Assembly: GCA_010093815.1 (NCBI GenBank)
Contig: ML996569.1
Direction: 5' to 3' (one strand)
From: Pseudovirgaria hyperparasitica
Lineage: Eukaryota
Length of the DNA stretch: 64,000 nucleotides
The notes under the pieces are model-generated. The model saw nothing but the letters and a program-made list of their open reading frames with translations. It was not told where the DNA came from and did no database searches. Both the position numbers and the translations under genes were made by a program. Each line of letters opens with the position of its first letter. Positions within the stretch are counted from its first letter, which is position 1. Below, one piece after another: positions 11,649 to 25,294 of the stretch.

Positions 11649-13308
11649 TTACTCAGTTTGCTGATAACCAGCGCCGTAATCATAGTACTGTGTAGATGGA
11701 CCAGGCATGCCAGAGACGCATTGGAGATCCCAGTCGGGGTGAGGGTTTATGTCTCTGGGAGCATCAGACATTTCTTCCTCGTCATCGAACGTTACATCAT
11801 TTTCCGCAGTGTATGGGCTGGACTGACTGCCTGGGGTCCCCTGGAAATGATCGCGTTGGTAGTGTGAAAGTCTATCGTCCCAGGAATTGAAACTATGTGG
11901 GCATCCAGGTTCTTTGCATTCTCTTTCGAAGTCAGCCTGATAGGCTACCTTTGAGCCACCTGTGATAGTGTCGATTTCGAGCCTTGTGGCCGCAGCTTTC
12001 TTGTGCGTGCTCCTCAGGTGTTTCTCCAACTTATCAACTCGATGAGAAATGAATGGTTTCTTCTTGCTGGGGCCTCGTTGGCATTCACGACACACGTAGA
12101 TATTCTGAGGTTGCCTATTCTCTTCGTGTCTTTTCCAGTCTGATAGTCGGTTTGTCCGATACCCGCATCCGGCTGTACATTCGAGTACTCCTGTCACACT
12201 GATCCTACGTCCGTCCCCATGATCACACTTGTTTCTTGCTTTCTTCACGTAGTCACTAATCAATTTCGCGTGTGGGCCGTTATATGCCAGATTGCCGCCA
12301 TCCATCTGTGTTGTTGACAACCGTGTCTGCATATTTTGGCTTCCATAGGTTGTCTGAATATTGTGTCCGTGTCGTCTAGCCAACAAGATGTTATTCAGAC
12401 GCTCGCTTGAACTGAGCGACTGGACAACGTCGTCCCTCGACACTCTTGCCAAGTAAGCAAGAGCGTTGATATCGTCATTGCTCGGTGCTCCGACGGAGTT
12501 ATGGGACTGTGAAAATATATTGTCGACCCATGACTCCAGAAAGTTGGCAATCATCGGTGAGATGCTTGTGTTCCCGTGCATCGCCCGTGCATCAATTCGA
12601 GAAGAGATATCTTGCTCTGGGAAGTCGGGACCCCTTCCTATCATCTCCATATCATTGTATGCATGAGATCGCTGGATACTAGATGGGATCGATGCACACG
12701 ATACGTCTGTACGTGATCGATCTACGGGTATATGATAGGGACTGGAGCCAAAGTTGGCTGAATGGGCGTTCAGAGAAGGAAGAAGTTCGAATCTGGTTGT
12801 CCCTTCTGGGTAGTATGGGGGTATGAATGCAGACGACGGCTGCAAAGAGCCGCGAGTCTGTACTGGGGTCTGAGACGGTTGGTTTTCTGACAGTGACAGT
12901 GACGGGAAGTGAGTATCAGACCAAACTCGCTGAGGATCCGGATTAGTGAAATCGCTGTATTCAGGCTACAATCCATGTCAGATATCAGTGCTCCAGTATT
13001 GGACCATCGTCAGTGTCGATATTGACTCCTTTTGTCGACAAAGTCTTAGAAGCAAATAACGTTTTACGATAGGAACTTACATCTTGCAATGGCACAACGC
13101 TTGCCCCAACTCCAGTATCAGGGTCGATACCACTTGTCTGGCCAGACAGTTGGCTCGTTTGGATGTTCGGCTGGAAAGAGGGCACGCTTGGATTTGGATT
13201 CTGTGGGAAGTATGTCAGCCCCTCGAATTGGCGCCTCTGCTGATTCTCTGAGGGTTCAGCCTTGCGCTTAGTAGACCTCCCGTCATCAGAGTAGTCGGAA
13301 TCATTCAT
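11649..13308 (-). CDS. C2H2 zinc-finger protein (putative transcription factor), 2 exons
   Basis: Exon 13308-13081, intron 13080-12966 (GTAAGT...CTGAC...TAG, phase 0), exon to 11649. Fingers CTAGCGYRT...WKRHEE, CREC...HLRSTH and CKEPGC...HYQRDH. Confidence 0.75.
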
Positions 13309-14154
13309 TGGGACATTTCTCTTATAGCTTGAGCGGGATTAGGACAGAATTTGACTTTTCGGTGCTTAATGGTGGTATTTGATGCGGATCCGTGTGGAAT
13401 ATAGCATGCGAGATATGACCGACTCCTAGAAAGGAACTTATATTTTCTATCATACAAGGAGAGACTTGCCCACCTTCGTGAGTGGAACCCTGTTCCAACA
13501 TAACACAGGACTTTTGCCCTTCTAGGGCGCTCAGTACTTCGCCATACAACAGTCTCAGGTTTAAGGTCCTCTGTGGGATGTTTGCCTACGCATAATAGGC
13601 AAACAGAGGCACAGTATTACTCGATTCCAATTCACTCGCCACATCATCTCAGCCCTATGATGACCGCATTGACGTAATATGGCATGTCTTGCAGATGTCA
13701 AAAGGCTTCTAATGCTGCTACACCCGTGAAAATGCACACAACTAAGCGCCCTGAAACACCTTGTAGCTCGTAATAAGCAAGAGGCGGTCTAAATTAGTTC
13801 AGTTGACGCCTGGGAGAGGCACAATCTGGTTGTTTGTGAAATGAGGCGTAGGGTTGAGAGCCTTGCATTGTTGCCTGGCAGCTCAGTGCTATATTACGTC
13901 GCAAACAACGGCCTAACGATGCGGCAACAACAACGCAAATACATCTGCCTGAAGACCCCTTCGACCATGATCCCAACATTCAGATGGCGCGAGCAGCTGA
14001 ATACAGTCATCTGTAACATCCTATCAGCGCCCGCGCGTTCCAAACTCCCTTTATCATATGTCCACGATACCTCGCCTCTACATCATACACGCGAGACGGG
14101 GTAGTCTGCGATAGGACCGGCCAGTATTGGTGAGATCCTATGGGTCTTGACCGG

Positions 14155-15993
14155 TCACCACATAAACCGCTGCACCTTCCCAGGCTCTTGCGGCCAACCA
14201 AAACCACGATAGAGAAACATGTAGCCCGTGCCGAGATTAATCAGCGCGAGCCACAAAGTCTCGCATACGAGAATACCATATGTCCATAAGGGATTTTTCG
14301 TGATCTGCACTTGTCTATCGTGCACGTCTACAGCAATGGGTGCTGCGTTGATGCGCCACACGGCCCAAGGAATGATAAAATATCGAGGCTCGACCAGGGG
14401 GGCAGTGACTACAGAGAGTGCCGTCGTGGCCAGCCATATTATGAGGAAACTGAATTTACCTTTGGGGGAGTCTATTGTTGGATCTGGTGATAATTTAGGA
14501 CGTCGCGCAGCCGAGGAATCTGCTTGCCCGTTCTTCAAATGAAGGTTGCCTGATCCGGTCGACTGAATGATGAGCCATGCGCAAATGATGTAGATCGGCA
14601 CAGCAACGTATTTCACGATCGGGTGACGAAGAAGGAGTCGGAAGACGTAGAACACGTAATGGCGATTGTCTGCGAGCGTAAAGGGATGGACGATTGTATT
14701 CAGTTTGACGGCCAGAAGTCCGAGAAATACAAATGCGATGACAATAGGGATGCGAGGAAGAATCCTATGGTTAGCCGGCCTCTGGGTGAATGATTGAAGT
14801 CCTAATGGAAGATATTGGCGTGGTAAGAAATGCAACACTGCCGTCAGCAGAACAGGGATCGTAAGCGGAAACGAGAAGAACATCATGTATGGCCAGATGT
14901 AAAGCATCTGCGGGACATGGATAGTAGCGATGTGATTAGATTTGTCACCTGAACTGTTAGCAAGACGCGGCGTCAAAATATAGTTGCCTGAACTCACCCA
15001 ATACTACACCGCCATTCCATGCCACAAAAGCGGCAAACATGACAATCAGGAACAGATATGGGGTGATAGCTTTCACTATGCTCCAGGGCTTTTTCATCGC
15101 ACCCAGCGCGACAGCCACCAGAAAGAACAGGTAATCTATATGTGTGAGTGTCTTGCGACTGACGTTTAGTTTTTTTACCCTATCATACCTTCAACAGAGG
15201 CATCTGCTACGTCAAGATCTTCCATGTTGAGCCAGTCTGCTGAGGCATGACCGCTGGTTTTGGCCGCCTCATCGAGCATGCAGTGTGTCTTTAGCTCTTG
15301 GATTGCCGTTAGGCCAGCCGGGAAGACCGCCACCCAGAATATGTTCGTCTGACGAAACAGAAGTGCAGATGCTCCCAGGACCACAGAAATGACATGATGC
15401 CTAAATCCAGTAGCCCGTGTATAGAGACCCTTGAGCGTATGGTCGTAATGGGCTAGAACAAGAATGGTTGAAAGAACATCTGTATAGTACAATGCTGAGA
15501 AGAAGAACAGTGGAGGAAATAGTGTCACGTTGAGCGCGGAATGTAGTGTGATCAAAGATGGGCCATCAGTTGCACGCCGTGCCTGTGTAATACGGCCAAC
15601 AAGGACTGCTGTCGGCACCAAAGTCAATATTAATCCTATGGTGTTCAAGGATCTCAGGGCAACTACATCACAGCGACCGGTGACTGCCAGCAAGATTCGT
15701 GATAGTAGGTATCTGTATATGTCAATTGATGTTTGTCATTGTCTTGACTGGGATTTATGCTCACAGCCCAGGCGGAGTGGTAATTTTAGGATCCCAGATG
15801 ACGAAGTGGTCGGCACAATAGACCTGAGCTTGGCGAACATGAAAGAACTCATCCTTAACTGTATCAGTTCATTTGATTCAGACACCTTTGAGAGACGACG
15901 AACTAGATACGGTTCAGTCACAACACTCGAAACGCATGATGCCCAAAAGATTGCGACAGAACCCAGGACCGCAGCCGGGACAAGGAATGACAT
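14155..15993 (-). CDS. ALG10: Dol-P-Glc alpha-1,2-glucosyltransferase (ALG10/DIE2)
   Basis: EPYL-DEFFHVRQAQVYC, WDPKITTPPGL, FPPLFFFSALYYTDVLST, FRQTNIFWV, GDKSNH, VHPFTLADNRHYVFY, LVEPRYFIIP, VQRFMW*. Multiple introns. Confidence 0.95.
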
Positions 15994-16222
15994 TTCGAGA
16001 ACGGTTGTAGATTGCTCCCGACCTCTAATTGATCTATTGATTCATTATTTTTGTCGCAGTCGCAAACATTGACTTTCCATGAAGAATTGGAGCCATCTCG
16101 ATCTGAAGAGAGATGAGATCTAGAGCCGAGAAATAGCCGCCCACTAGGCCCAAGGCGGGAATTTCTGGTCAATATCTAACGACGAGCGATTCGATTCGAT
16201 TCACATTCCGACATACGGCAAC

Positions 16223-17117
16223 ATGGCGCTTCCACTACCACCTAGTCTGACACCACAGGAGGTAGCATTTCTCTGCGAAATGGAGCTCGTCACCATAATA
16301 CCCCGACAGAAGCTGCAAGGGCTAGAGCTGCTAGGAGTGAGTAGTCCCCGTTGAAGACGGACTGCAGCAAAAGGCATCGTATGTCACTGTTCGCTCGTGG
16401 GCCTAACTGCAACGAGCACATTAAGTTTATGAGCTGATTGAAGTCTTGTGAAGGGTTCTACACCTGTCCTCAACCCTCCTCAAAGAAGCGATATTCCCTT
16501 GTGGCTTGCACTGCTTCTCAAACGACAACGACGTGCCAACATTGTCCCGCCAGCCTGGCTGCATCCCACATCTCTCACAGCGATTCTCGAATTCGAGACC
16601 GAACATTCCAAAGAAGCATTCTCACCTCCGCCGAAGCTACCCCCTCTCTCGGACGCGCTCCATGCCACCAGCCCCCCGTTCTTGCCCTCTTCCACCGCCG
16701 AAGCACCACCAGATGCCCTACCATATCACTGGTTAGAGATGGGGGAAATACTGTTGGAGGCAGCCCCAGAAGACTTCGAAGAGCCGGACCATGTCAGAAG
16801 GCTCATGCGAGATCTCCGGGAAGTCCGAATGGCAAAGCTCAGAACGGGTGTGGAAGTACTTGACGCTGGGGGAGGGGTCAAAATGAATGGTGTTGGCGCC
16901 ATGGAGATTGCAGAAGCACGCGCATTCATCGGTGGGGTTATTGATGGGTTGAGGTAAGCGCTGACAAGATACACGACGAGAAAGCCTAGTGCTGACAAAC
17001 GTTTCTAGGAAGATTGGGGCATCTCGTGAGCAGGCTCGTCGTGAACGAGAGGCCGAGGAGCGCGAGAATGGTTTCCTCGGAACACAGGATGATGAGGATG
17101 ATGATATGGAATTATGA
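16223..17117 (+). CDS. PSF2: GINS complex subunit Psf2
   Basis: [75 protein letters not shown]. 2 introns, TGA 17115-17117. Confidence 0.95.
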
Positions 17118-20100
17118 TCATGTCCTGACCCTATAAAGTATATTTTCACTTCCGGAACAGTCCAACATCGCCGAAGCGCAGTCGTTCGTTGTTCAACCAA
17201 GACCCCTCTCACACGAGACGAGGATCAATAATATGCTATCAGCTTTACCCTGGAATCGCTTTCCCAGCAATCCCCCGGCCCAACGGCATCTCATCTCAAT
17301 CGTCATGCAGCTGTGGAACGATGAAAAATACGAAACACAGAACAGCTGGGATGAACCTGGGTCTACGTCCGGGCGGGATAAGGCCCGAAGATGTCGGGAT
17401 ATACCTGGATCGTATGATTACGAAGACCCGGCAAAGAGCACCATATCCCTGTCACGGAACCGAGTCCGATGTAAAATCGCACCACGCTCCGGGGCTTCGT
17501 GCTGGGATCAACTGTAGCGTGCTGTACACGAAGTCTTTGCATACCTGTATATATACCTCTGGGAGGTAGTAGTTTGCTAGCTAGCTAACGCAATGAAGTA
17601 ATCGCATATACTACGGAATATCCGAAAAGGCCATGCACATCGATACATACATGTACGTCCTGGCTGATATGTGTAGAAAGGGGGGTCCAGAAACCAAATG
17701 GTTCCGAGTAGGAAGAGCTGCAGCATCCAAAAACAACATGTAGCAGATCACCATGCTCTGCCATGCCGGGCAAAGAAGACATCGAACGCCGTAGAACTCC
17801 GGGAGAATTTCCTTTTCTCTCTCAAAACGTGGCATCTAAATGAGGGTCTCCCAAATCTACGGTATGGTGTGAAGAACAAAAGAAGGAAAAATAATTACAG
17901 GCAGTCCCGTCGACGCCGCATCGTGATTCCATCGTCAATGGGTCTCTCAGTTTCACAATTGAGCACATACACAAACACACAGTGGAGCAGTCACTGCATA
18001 GATAGTACTGTAGGTACAGTGCATTGACCCCCCTCAAAAACAAGGATAGCCCTGTCCATGCTCCAACGGCGCCGCATGTATCCTATATAATTCTAGTACA
18101 GCGGTGTGCGACCGTCTAGACTCAGAGCCGCAGAGTGGGCCAGTCGCACAGAACTTCGCTCCTTCATAACAGGTATGCCGCGAGAGTCTAGAGACAAGCA
18201 CACAACAGAGCAGCAGCATTCAATCATGATTATCTAGCCCCCCTTTCATCCATCGTCGTCTCTATCCCAAGACTACCCTATGCCAAACACTGTCAAAAGA
18301 CCTGTTGATCCGGCCTCTTGCTTGCCTTGCATTGCCTGGCCCATACCTTGCTTGCCTCACGATCGCTACCTCCGCCACGCTATGGGGTCCGTATCGTATC
18401 GTATCGCAGAACAAGGCGAAGCTTACGGCTATCATCACTGACTTTCTAACAGAAAAAGTCATGTCCAAGTGCTTGGCTGCCTGCTGTAGCGCCTAAGGCA
18501 ATCCTACGGCGCCACGCCCCGAGAGCCGCGCCACCCGGGGCCATAATGGAGTGGAGGCTTAGGGGGGGCCTTTCGAGGACGGGGGGGGGCGCTATATCTC
18601 TATTTCCAGCAAAAAATCCGCGCTGTGGATGGAATGAGATTGGAATGGGATGGGACCCATGGGAGCTCGCTTGCAATCCTATTCCCATGCGCACTGGAGA
18701 ATCCAGCCAGCCCGCCCAGAGCTAGCCCGCCGCCCAGCCAGCCCTCTCCGTCCCAGCAGCGCGTCCTATCATTCCGCGCGACTAAAGGGTGTCATTTGTT
18801 TACAAGGGACCCCGGTCCAGGGGTTTGCAAAAAGATCATACTGTAGAATAGTAAGATAGTAAATTGTTGTAGTATAGCTGCGTCCTGGCGTGTGCGCGGC
18901 ATATCATACCCCCTTCCTGGACTGGCTGGCTGGCGGGCTGCACGCCAAGCTCGCGCGCTTTTGACCAGCTCGAGGTGCACGAACGCGGTTGTGTACCTGC
19001 CGGGGGCCGACGCGTTGTTGCAGAGCCTCTTCTTCGCCTACACAGCTGCCGGCAGCTGAGCTCGAGCTTGCATTGAGCTCGAGCTCGACGTATTTGGCGG
19101 CCTGTGCATTTTTCTTATACTGCTAGACTTTTTGCACGCGCGGTACTGATTGTTTCTCTTCGCCAAGTCTTCCTCGGACGCTGCGGATGCAATTACGCAG
19201 ACGCAGGCAAGGGGCGGCGGTAGAAGAGAAGACCAGAGTCTGCCGGCCGCGCGTTTGTTTGCGTTGTTTGACAGACCTTGGGTAGAAGGTAGTCAGTGTC
19301 AGTCTTGGGGACCGCGTTGCTGGGACAAGGACCTCGTCCGAGTACTCTCCCGAGGCTCGAGGTCATCGTACTGGTAATGTACTCGCTGAGCATCCCTTTC
19401 TTGGTGAGGCGGGTCATCGGCGTGATTACGATTGCGAAGACATTGTACGTAAGAACGGGGGTCCACGGCAAGACGACGCAACGCGGAAGGCGTTTTCCAC
19501 GCCCCCAGGAGAACCACAAGTTCAAACGCGATACACGCCGTCGCGCACCCGTCGTGCGACCGCCTTGAGCGGAGGTTTTATTTGCAAGACGTGGAAGTTG
19601 GGACCACGCGAGATGGCAACGGGTTCTCTGGGTCTGGGTCTGGGGCGGTTCCAGCACGTTCTGGTGTTTACTAATTATGTTATTTGTTTGTGGTGATTTG
19701 CAGACACAGCTCCGTTGATACTAATAGCCAAGAAGACGCTGAGAACCTGTCCAGAAACGACGGTCTTAGTCTCATCACCATCCTGAGGCAGATGGATGCG
19801 GGCACAAGTAAAAAGTAATCTTCGGTGTTGCTATCGAAAAGCAGCTGCAACATGAAGATACACTCCCACCCAAAGTGAAACTGCTAGATACGGTCGGCGC
19901 GCCATTGTACTGGAAACCTGCCGCGCCACGGATGGTTTCTTGGGCTCCTGGCTGCATTGCTGCAGTGCTGCTTTAGAAGAAATGGCGGCGTGGATACGTT
20001 GTGGATACGGTGGAGACGGGTGAGAGGAAAACGAAGCTATTGGCGACCGACTAGGGCGGCCTGGGCACTGGGCAAAAATCGCTTTCTTTCTTCTCGGGTT

Positions 20101-23100
20101 ATAGCCATGGCGCTGGGCAGAGTTTCTAGCGTTGTCGAAAGAAGCCCCGAATACCAAGCAGCCTCTAGAAATTGATTACCACGGATTGTGATAATCCGTG
20201 ATCGACCACGAGCGTCGTGCTGTATGCTGACGACATCGGAGAATTGAGTGATGACGAGAGACACGCTATGCTGCTTGGATTGATGCATATCAGTCGATAA
20301 CTAAGTGAGAAGCCATAGTTCTTGGTAATGTGTAATCCCTCTCATGGTCGAGGAGGGTATGCTTAGCTTCAATAATAGGTCTCGCTGAAGACTGGACGAA
20401 CGAGGTTAAAGATTGATTGAATGCCTGGCCGTCATCATCAGTTTATACATAATACAATGCAATATTATAGCACCGAAGAGATTTCGTCGAGTAGTAAGCC
20501 GGTCGTAGATACTCAACAGAGGAATCTATGACTCAGACTATACTGATTGAATGATGTTGCTGTCCAGACATGTTGAGATCCGTCTGGCTATGTTTTGATA
20601 GCAAGTCTAGCAGCTCTTTGAAGTTTGCACCAAGTCGATGCCTACGATGACACTGTTGCACTATGATTGATGCTATAATGCTCTCAATACCAGAGAGAAA
20701 TAGAGCGTATATTTGCTTCATGAATGCTGTTTCGCGAAATATTATGTGATGTTCGAGCGCATCGAAGTCAACTTATGATCGGTGCAGGGGAACCTTGCAT
20801 ACCAGTGCATCGTAGCGAAGCTGTAAATGTAATTTGATCCCCAGTATATCATCATGTTATTCTCAGGGTCTCAGCAATGTACCTCCAGTATGGCGTGATA
20901 GATCTTTAGCGTGTCCGTTTCATGTTTATGATACTGACTTCTCGTTCGATCTCTAAGACGTGAGAACGGTGGTACGGGTGAGATGCGAGGTCTAAATGAT
21001 TGAGCCACTTGTCAAAACCCTCCTCCTAGAAAACTCTAGTGAGTGTAAAGTCAGTAAAATTCCAGTATTGACTGATGCGATCTGCATAGTTCTCTTGAGA
21101 CGGGAGTCAGAAGTCGACAATAGTGCAATTCATAGATGAAACCAAACATCGTATGTCATGTGGAGGCCAAGATGTGGTACTGTAAGGTTCTGTCATTTCT
21201 TCATTTCTTCATAGGTGGCACGAGCGTCAAGAGCCGAACCGACAGATAGTGTATTTGCTTTTTGACACTCAGCTGCTATGGCAGATAGGTCCCGCTCTGC
21301 TGGAACGAGGCCTCGAGATCGATCACTATATCAATCTGAAAATGATCAGGTGCTGATGATCTGAAACATATCGCTAACATGTTTATTATTTCTTTTGCGT
21401 CGGATGAAAGCAAGGATCTAGGAGCCGGCCTCAGAGTCTGGAGAATTTCTGCAAACAAATGCCGAACGGGGTCTAGCAAGCACCAGACCGTCTAGCGGCT
21501 ACTGTGATGGGCGAGGATATCACACGCTAGCTGCTGTCTGTGCGAACGCCCAGCACAGGCTTCAGAGCCGCGGGTAACAGGATTGGGAAATGCCGTCGAC
21601 TGTCGGACGGAAATGGTCGATCTTCCACAAGTAGTTCGGTCTTGACACTTGTGTTCTGTGCCCACTCAGTCACTGCGTAGAAGATTTGTGGGGGTTACAA
21701 ACAAGCATTCTCCTCTTCGGACTCACTACTATATTCGGCACATCTGGTTGGATGTAACAGGATGTTGGAATCGATTGTGATAGGGCGAGATCAGTCGGTA
21801 GATATGATTTCAGATGCGATTGCGCATCGTACCACGGCTGTGATGGGTTTGCGCGATGTGATATAAGATCGCGTCTTAAGCTTGTAAGATGAGGCTTCAA
21901 ATTATATCGTGTGAGATGTAGAGCTAGCTTCTCACTAGACAGGACAGGATATCCTTGTACCTGATGGGCGCTGCGGTCAACGAAACAACAATGCAATTGA
22001 TGACTTGATGCCATGCTTTCTGAGGTTCTCTACGGTATAGTGTCGGGAAAGTTCCTGAAGCATCAGGTCGCAGAAGAGGCCAGAGCCAAAAACACGGGTA
22101 TTGGACTCGAGGGTGGAGAACTGTGGGAAGGACTGGGGACGACGTCGAGACCTCAAATGAACTGACAAGACTAATCTTCAAGTGGCTTTGGAGCTAGCGC
22201 GACATTCCCGCACTCCGCGAAGGAACGGTCTCACAGTGCCGTCTTGTGTCTAGTGTGACTTTACGATTAGCAATGCTGGATCAGCAAGTCCTGACGCGGG
22301 AGATACAAGTCAAAAGTGATCTCTCACGAGCGTCGACTCCGAATCAGAAGACGACAGCAAATGCTTTCATGCCGCATCTGCATTTGAAGGTGCAAGCCAC
22401 CGACGATGCCGCATGCTCAACGTCCTCGGAGAATATCAGCAGTTTAGAGGAAGCGGCCCCAGACGGAATTGCAACTCGGGTGCAGGCTTGGCGTGAAGAT
22501 TCGGATCCTCGCTCTCAGGTCCCTTCGTGGAAAACTTTCCTTGGCGCATGTCGCCCTTGTTCCTGTTGATCGCCTGTCGAATATGCCATAGATCAGCATA
22601 TCCCGTGGGCCAACGTCACTGTCAAGTGCTATTGGTTCATATGACGTGGTCATTGCTAGCTTCTTGTTGTTGTGAGTACAGAGTACTACACCAATAACAC
22701 GAAGCTCTAGGTCCTGGGGATCTGTTGTGTATGAAACTGCAAGCACTGATGAATTGGCTGGCTGCACCATCAACGCGCAGCAAATATGATGGTGGTAGCG
22801 GGATGATGCGGATTGCTTCCATGGACATCGGCAAGCAGCAATAGGTTGATGACAGTGCAGGCTGGAGCATGGCGCATCATCATCAAGGGTTCGTGACGGC
22901 GGTTAAAGAATGCAGTATTACACTTGCATGCCAGCTCCTAGTCATGCTCAGCACTGCTTTGTTAACTCCAGGGCAAATGTGGGTGGGAATTTCGAAGAAG
23001 AGAAGAACAGGGTTGTGAGATTTTCAGCAGCACCCTGAACGTGAACCGTCATGATGCGGCTTGCTGAGAGATTCAATTTCAAACCACGATACGAACGAGA

Positions 23101-25294
23101 TTGGCGCGTGTGAAAGGGTGGTGGTTATATGGATATGCTTGGGCGGCAAGCGGAAAGGATATTTGGTTTTTGGCGTAGAGGGAGAGTAGTATGGAAGCTG
23201 GAATCACATGCTCATGGCTTCCTGAAGCGGGTGCGTTCGATAAATTCATCACACGCGTTCATTCGGGCTTTATTGGCAGGATGAGGAGCACGCGACTCCC
23301 ATTGGATGGAGTTTTCGCGAGCTTCTGGACGCTGATTGGGTATGGGACAAGATATAATCGGCGAGCATACGTGCAGCAGTCTCCAATATGGCTATTCCCC
23401 GCTACGTCTTTTCTCCCTGCAGAATTCTGCAGAATATTGTGCCAGGGCTTGCAGCAAGACCTGGCAGCTGAGGATATATTTCGTACAGACGCGACGACAC
23501 GCGAGTGCGGTCGAGTGGAAGCGGTTCGAGAGACTATGCTGCAATTTCTGCTCTACCAATATGCATCTAGCAGGGGGAGGCGCAACGTCGATTGTCGACG
23601 TCGGTACTGGAGGCTGGAGCTTTGGTACGCCGTCTATCGATGGATTCGATGGGTTGCGGGGAGCAAAATGCGGTGCCGGGCCGTTGCCATCAGCAGTGAG
23701 AGGGAATCAAAGAGGATCTTCGAGGCGCTCTCTTGTCTATACCAATTGTGAGATAGCTGAATTGGCCAAGCTTCCCTTGCTCTTTTCGCACTTTGCTCGT
23801 TGCTCTTCTCGCAAGCTGCAAGCTGAGGGCTCAAGCGTTGTGGATTTAGGTAGATGGGTAGGTAGGCCGTGGTTGAAAGGGGGGGGGGAGGGTGGATGAA
23901 AGGTGATATTGCGAGAGTTTTTGCGGGATTGGGGATGGGCTCGGCTCGACCCAAGAGTCAGGTACAGTGCACGAGCTTAACCCCTCCCCCCCTTTGACCC
24001 CACTGAAAAGAGATCCATTCCACGCCAACGGCCCAATACTAGTGTGTAGTCCCCAATCTTTCGAATCTAGGGGCTTTTACTAGCCCTGACCACCCAGCCT
24101 CCACCACCACCACCACCAGTCTACCAGTCAGTCTACCACCACTAACCACCACATTCCCACTATCACCACCACCACCAACAGGCATCGTGCACAGCCAATG
24201 GGCCCGCGCTCTCACTAAAGCTAGCGGGCAGCCTACCTAGCCTAGTAGGTAAGATGCATCCTAGGCTTGTCGGTCGCAGAGTGCATAGTGTGGGCCCTGC
24301 ACGCCGTTGGTCGTGCTCCCCTTGTCAACAAGAGAAAACTGCCTATTACTACTACTTCCATACTATGACCATCACGAATGCAACCACCACCCTTGCTTTA
24401 TTATACTCACCCTCATGCCCGCGTCGTCCCAGTTGAAAGGCGATTCTGTTTGGTTTCTCCATACTGATCTGCTGCACCCGGATAACATCAAGCATCTTGT
24501 TGTTCCGTTCATCAATTGAGCTGCATCTGCTCTTGCCTCTTCTATACCCTCTTCTCCTCCACTATTCCCACCCCACTTATCCTTCTCTGCAAGCATCTTC
24601 AGTTCCCTTGGCTCGGTCGTTGTACCTGTCTCACTCTGTCTGCAAATCAATCCGGTCGCTTTCCATCGCATCGGGCCTCTCTCTTTCTGCTGCTTCATGT
24701 ACATGCCTGTCGCTTAACTTTTTCCTGTGTGTTGTCAAAAGGGTCTGCGCTGCTATATCAACACAGCACTGGCGTCTGGCTTCTTCTCCTTCATACCTAC
24801 GCACTCACCAAGGGACCTCATCCCGTCCGCAGCTCAGCACTCCGAACCATTGACTTGTTTCGCTTGCACCACTGTCTGATCCAATCATCCTAATCACGTC
24901 ACATCTGTGTGACCATCTGGCTGGCCAACGGATAACCACCTTTCCCACGTTGGTGCCCTCAAACAGCTGTCGTATACAGATTACAGTGTCATCTGTCGTC
25001 ATAGATCTGTCCAGCTCTGGCTCCTGCATGCTACCGGATTCAAGGCCCCACCGCCGGTGTATTCTTAAGCTTACACATTCACGCCGCTCGACGTGTCTGG
25101 CAGCTTTGGCGCACTCTGGAACGAAACAAACGGGAAACAGCTTTTGCCATCACTTGGGAGAAAGAGGTGGGATTAATGTTATGCGAGGATCGATCTCACC
25201 GATTTGTCCTCAGCCTGCCTCCCGCTAACGACCAAATACTCGAGAGTTTTATTTGAAATTGGAGTACGGTGCGCACTGGAAGGGCTATTCCATC

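Noticed and set aside
13658..13755. Box C/D snoRNA candidate (ATGATGA … CTGA about 95 nt apart)
   Set aside because: No terminal stem and no convincing rRNA-complementary guide recognised. Such motifs occur by chance.
22246..23954. Overlapping ORFs of 100-190 aa (22246+, 22444-, 23191+, 23336+, 23634-)
   Set aside because: No recognisable motifs, atypical Arg/Cys/Trp-rich composition and mutual overlap. The terminal CSC of 22246+ alone is insufficient.
17120..25250. Telomerase RNA or TPP riboswitch in the long intergenic region
   Set aside because: No TAACCCTAA-type template and no TPP aptamer consensus found by eye.
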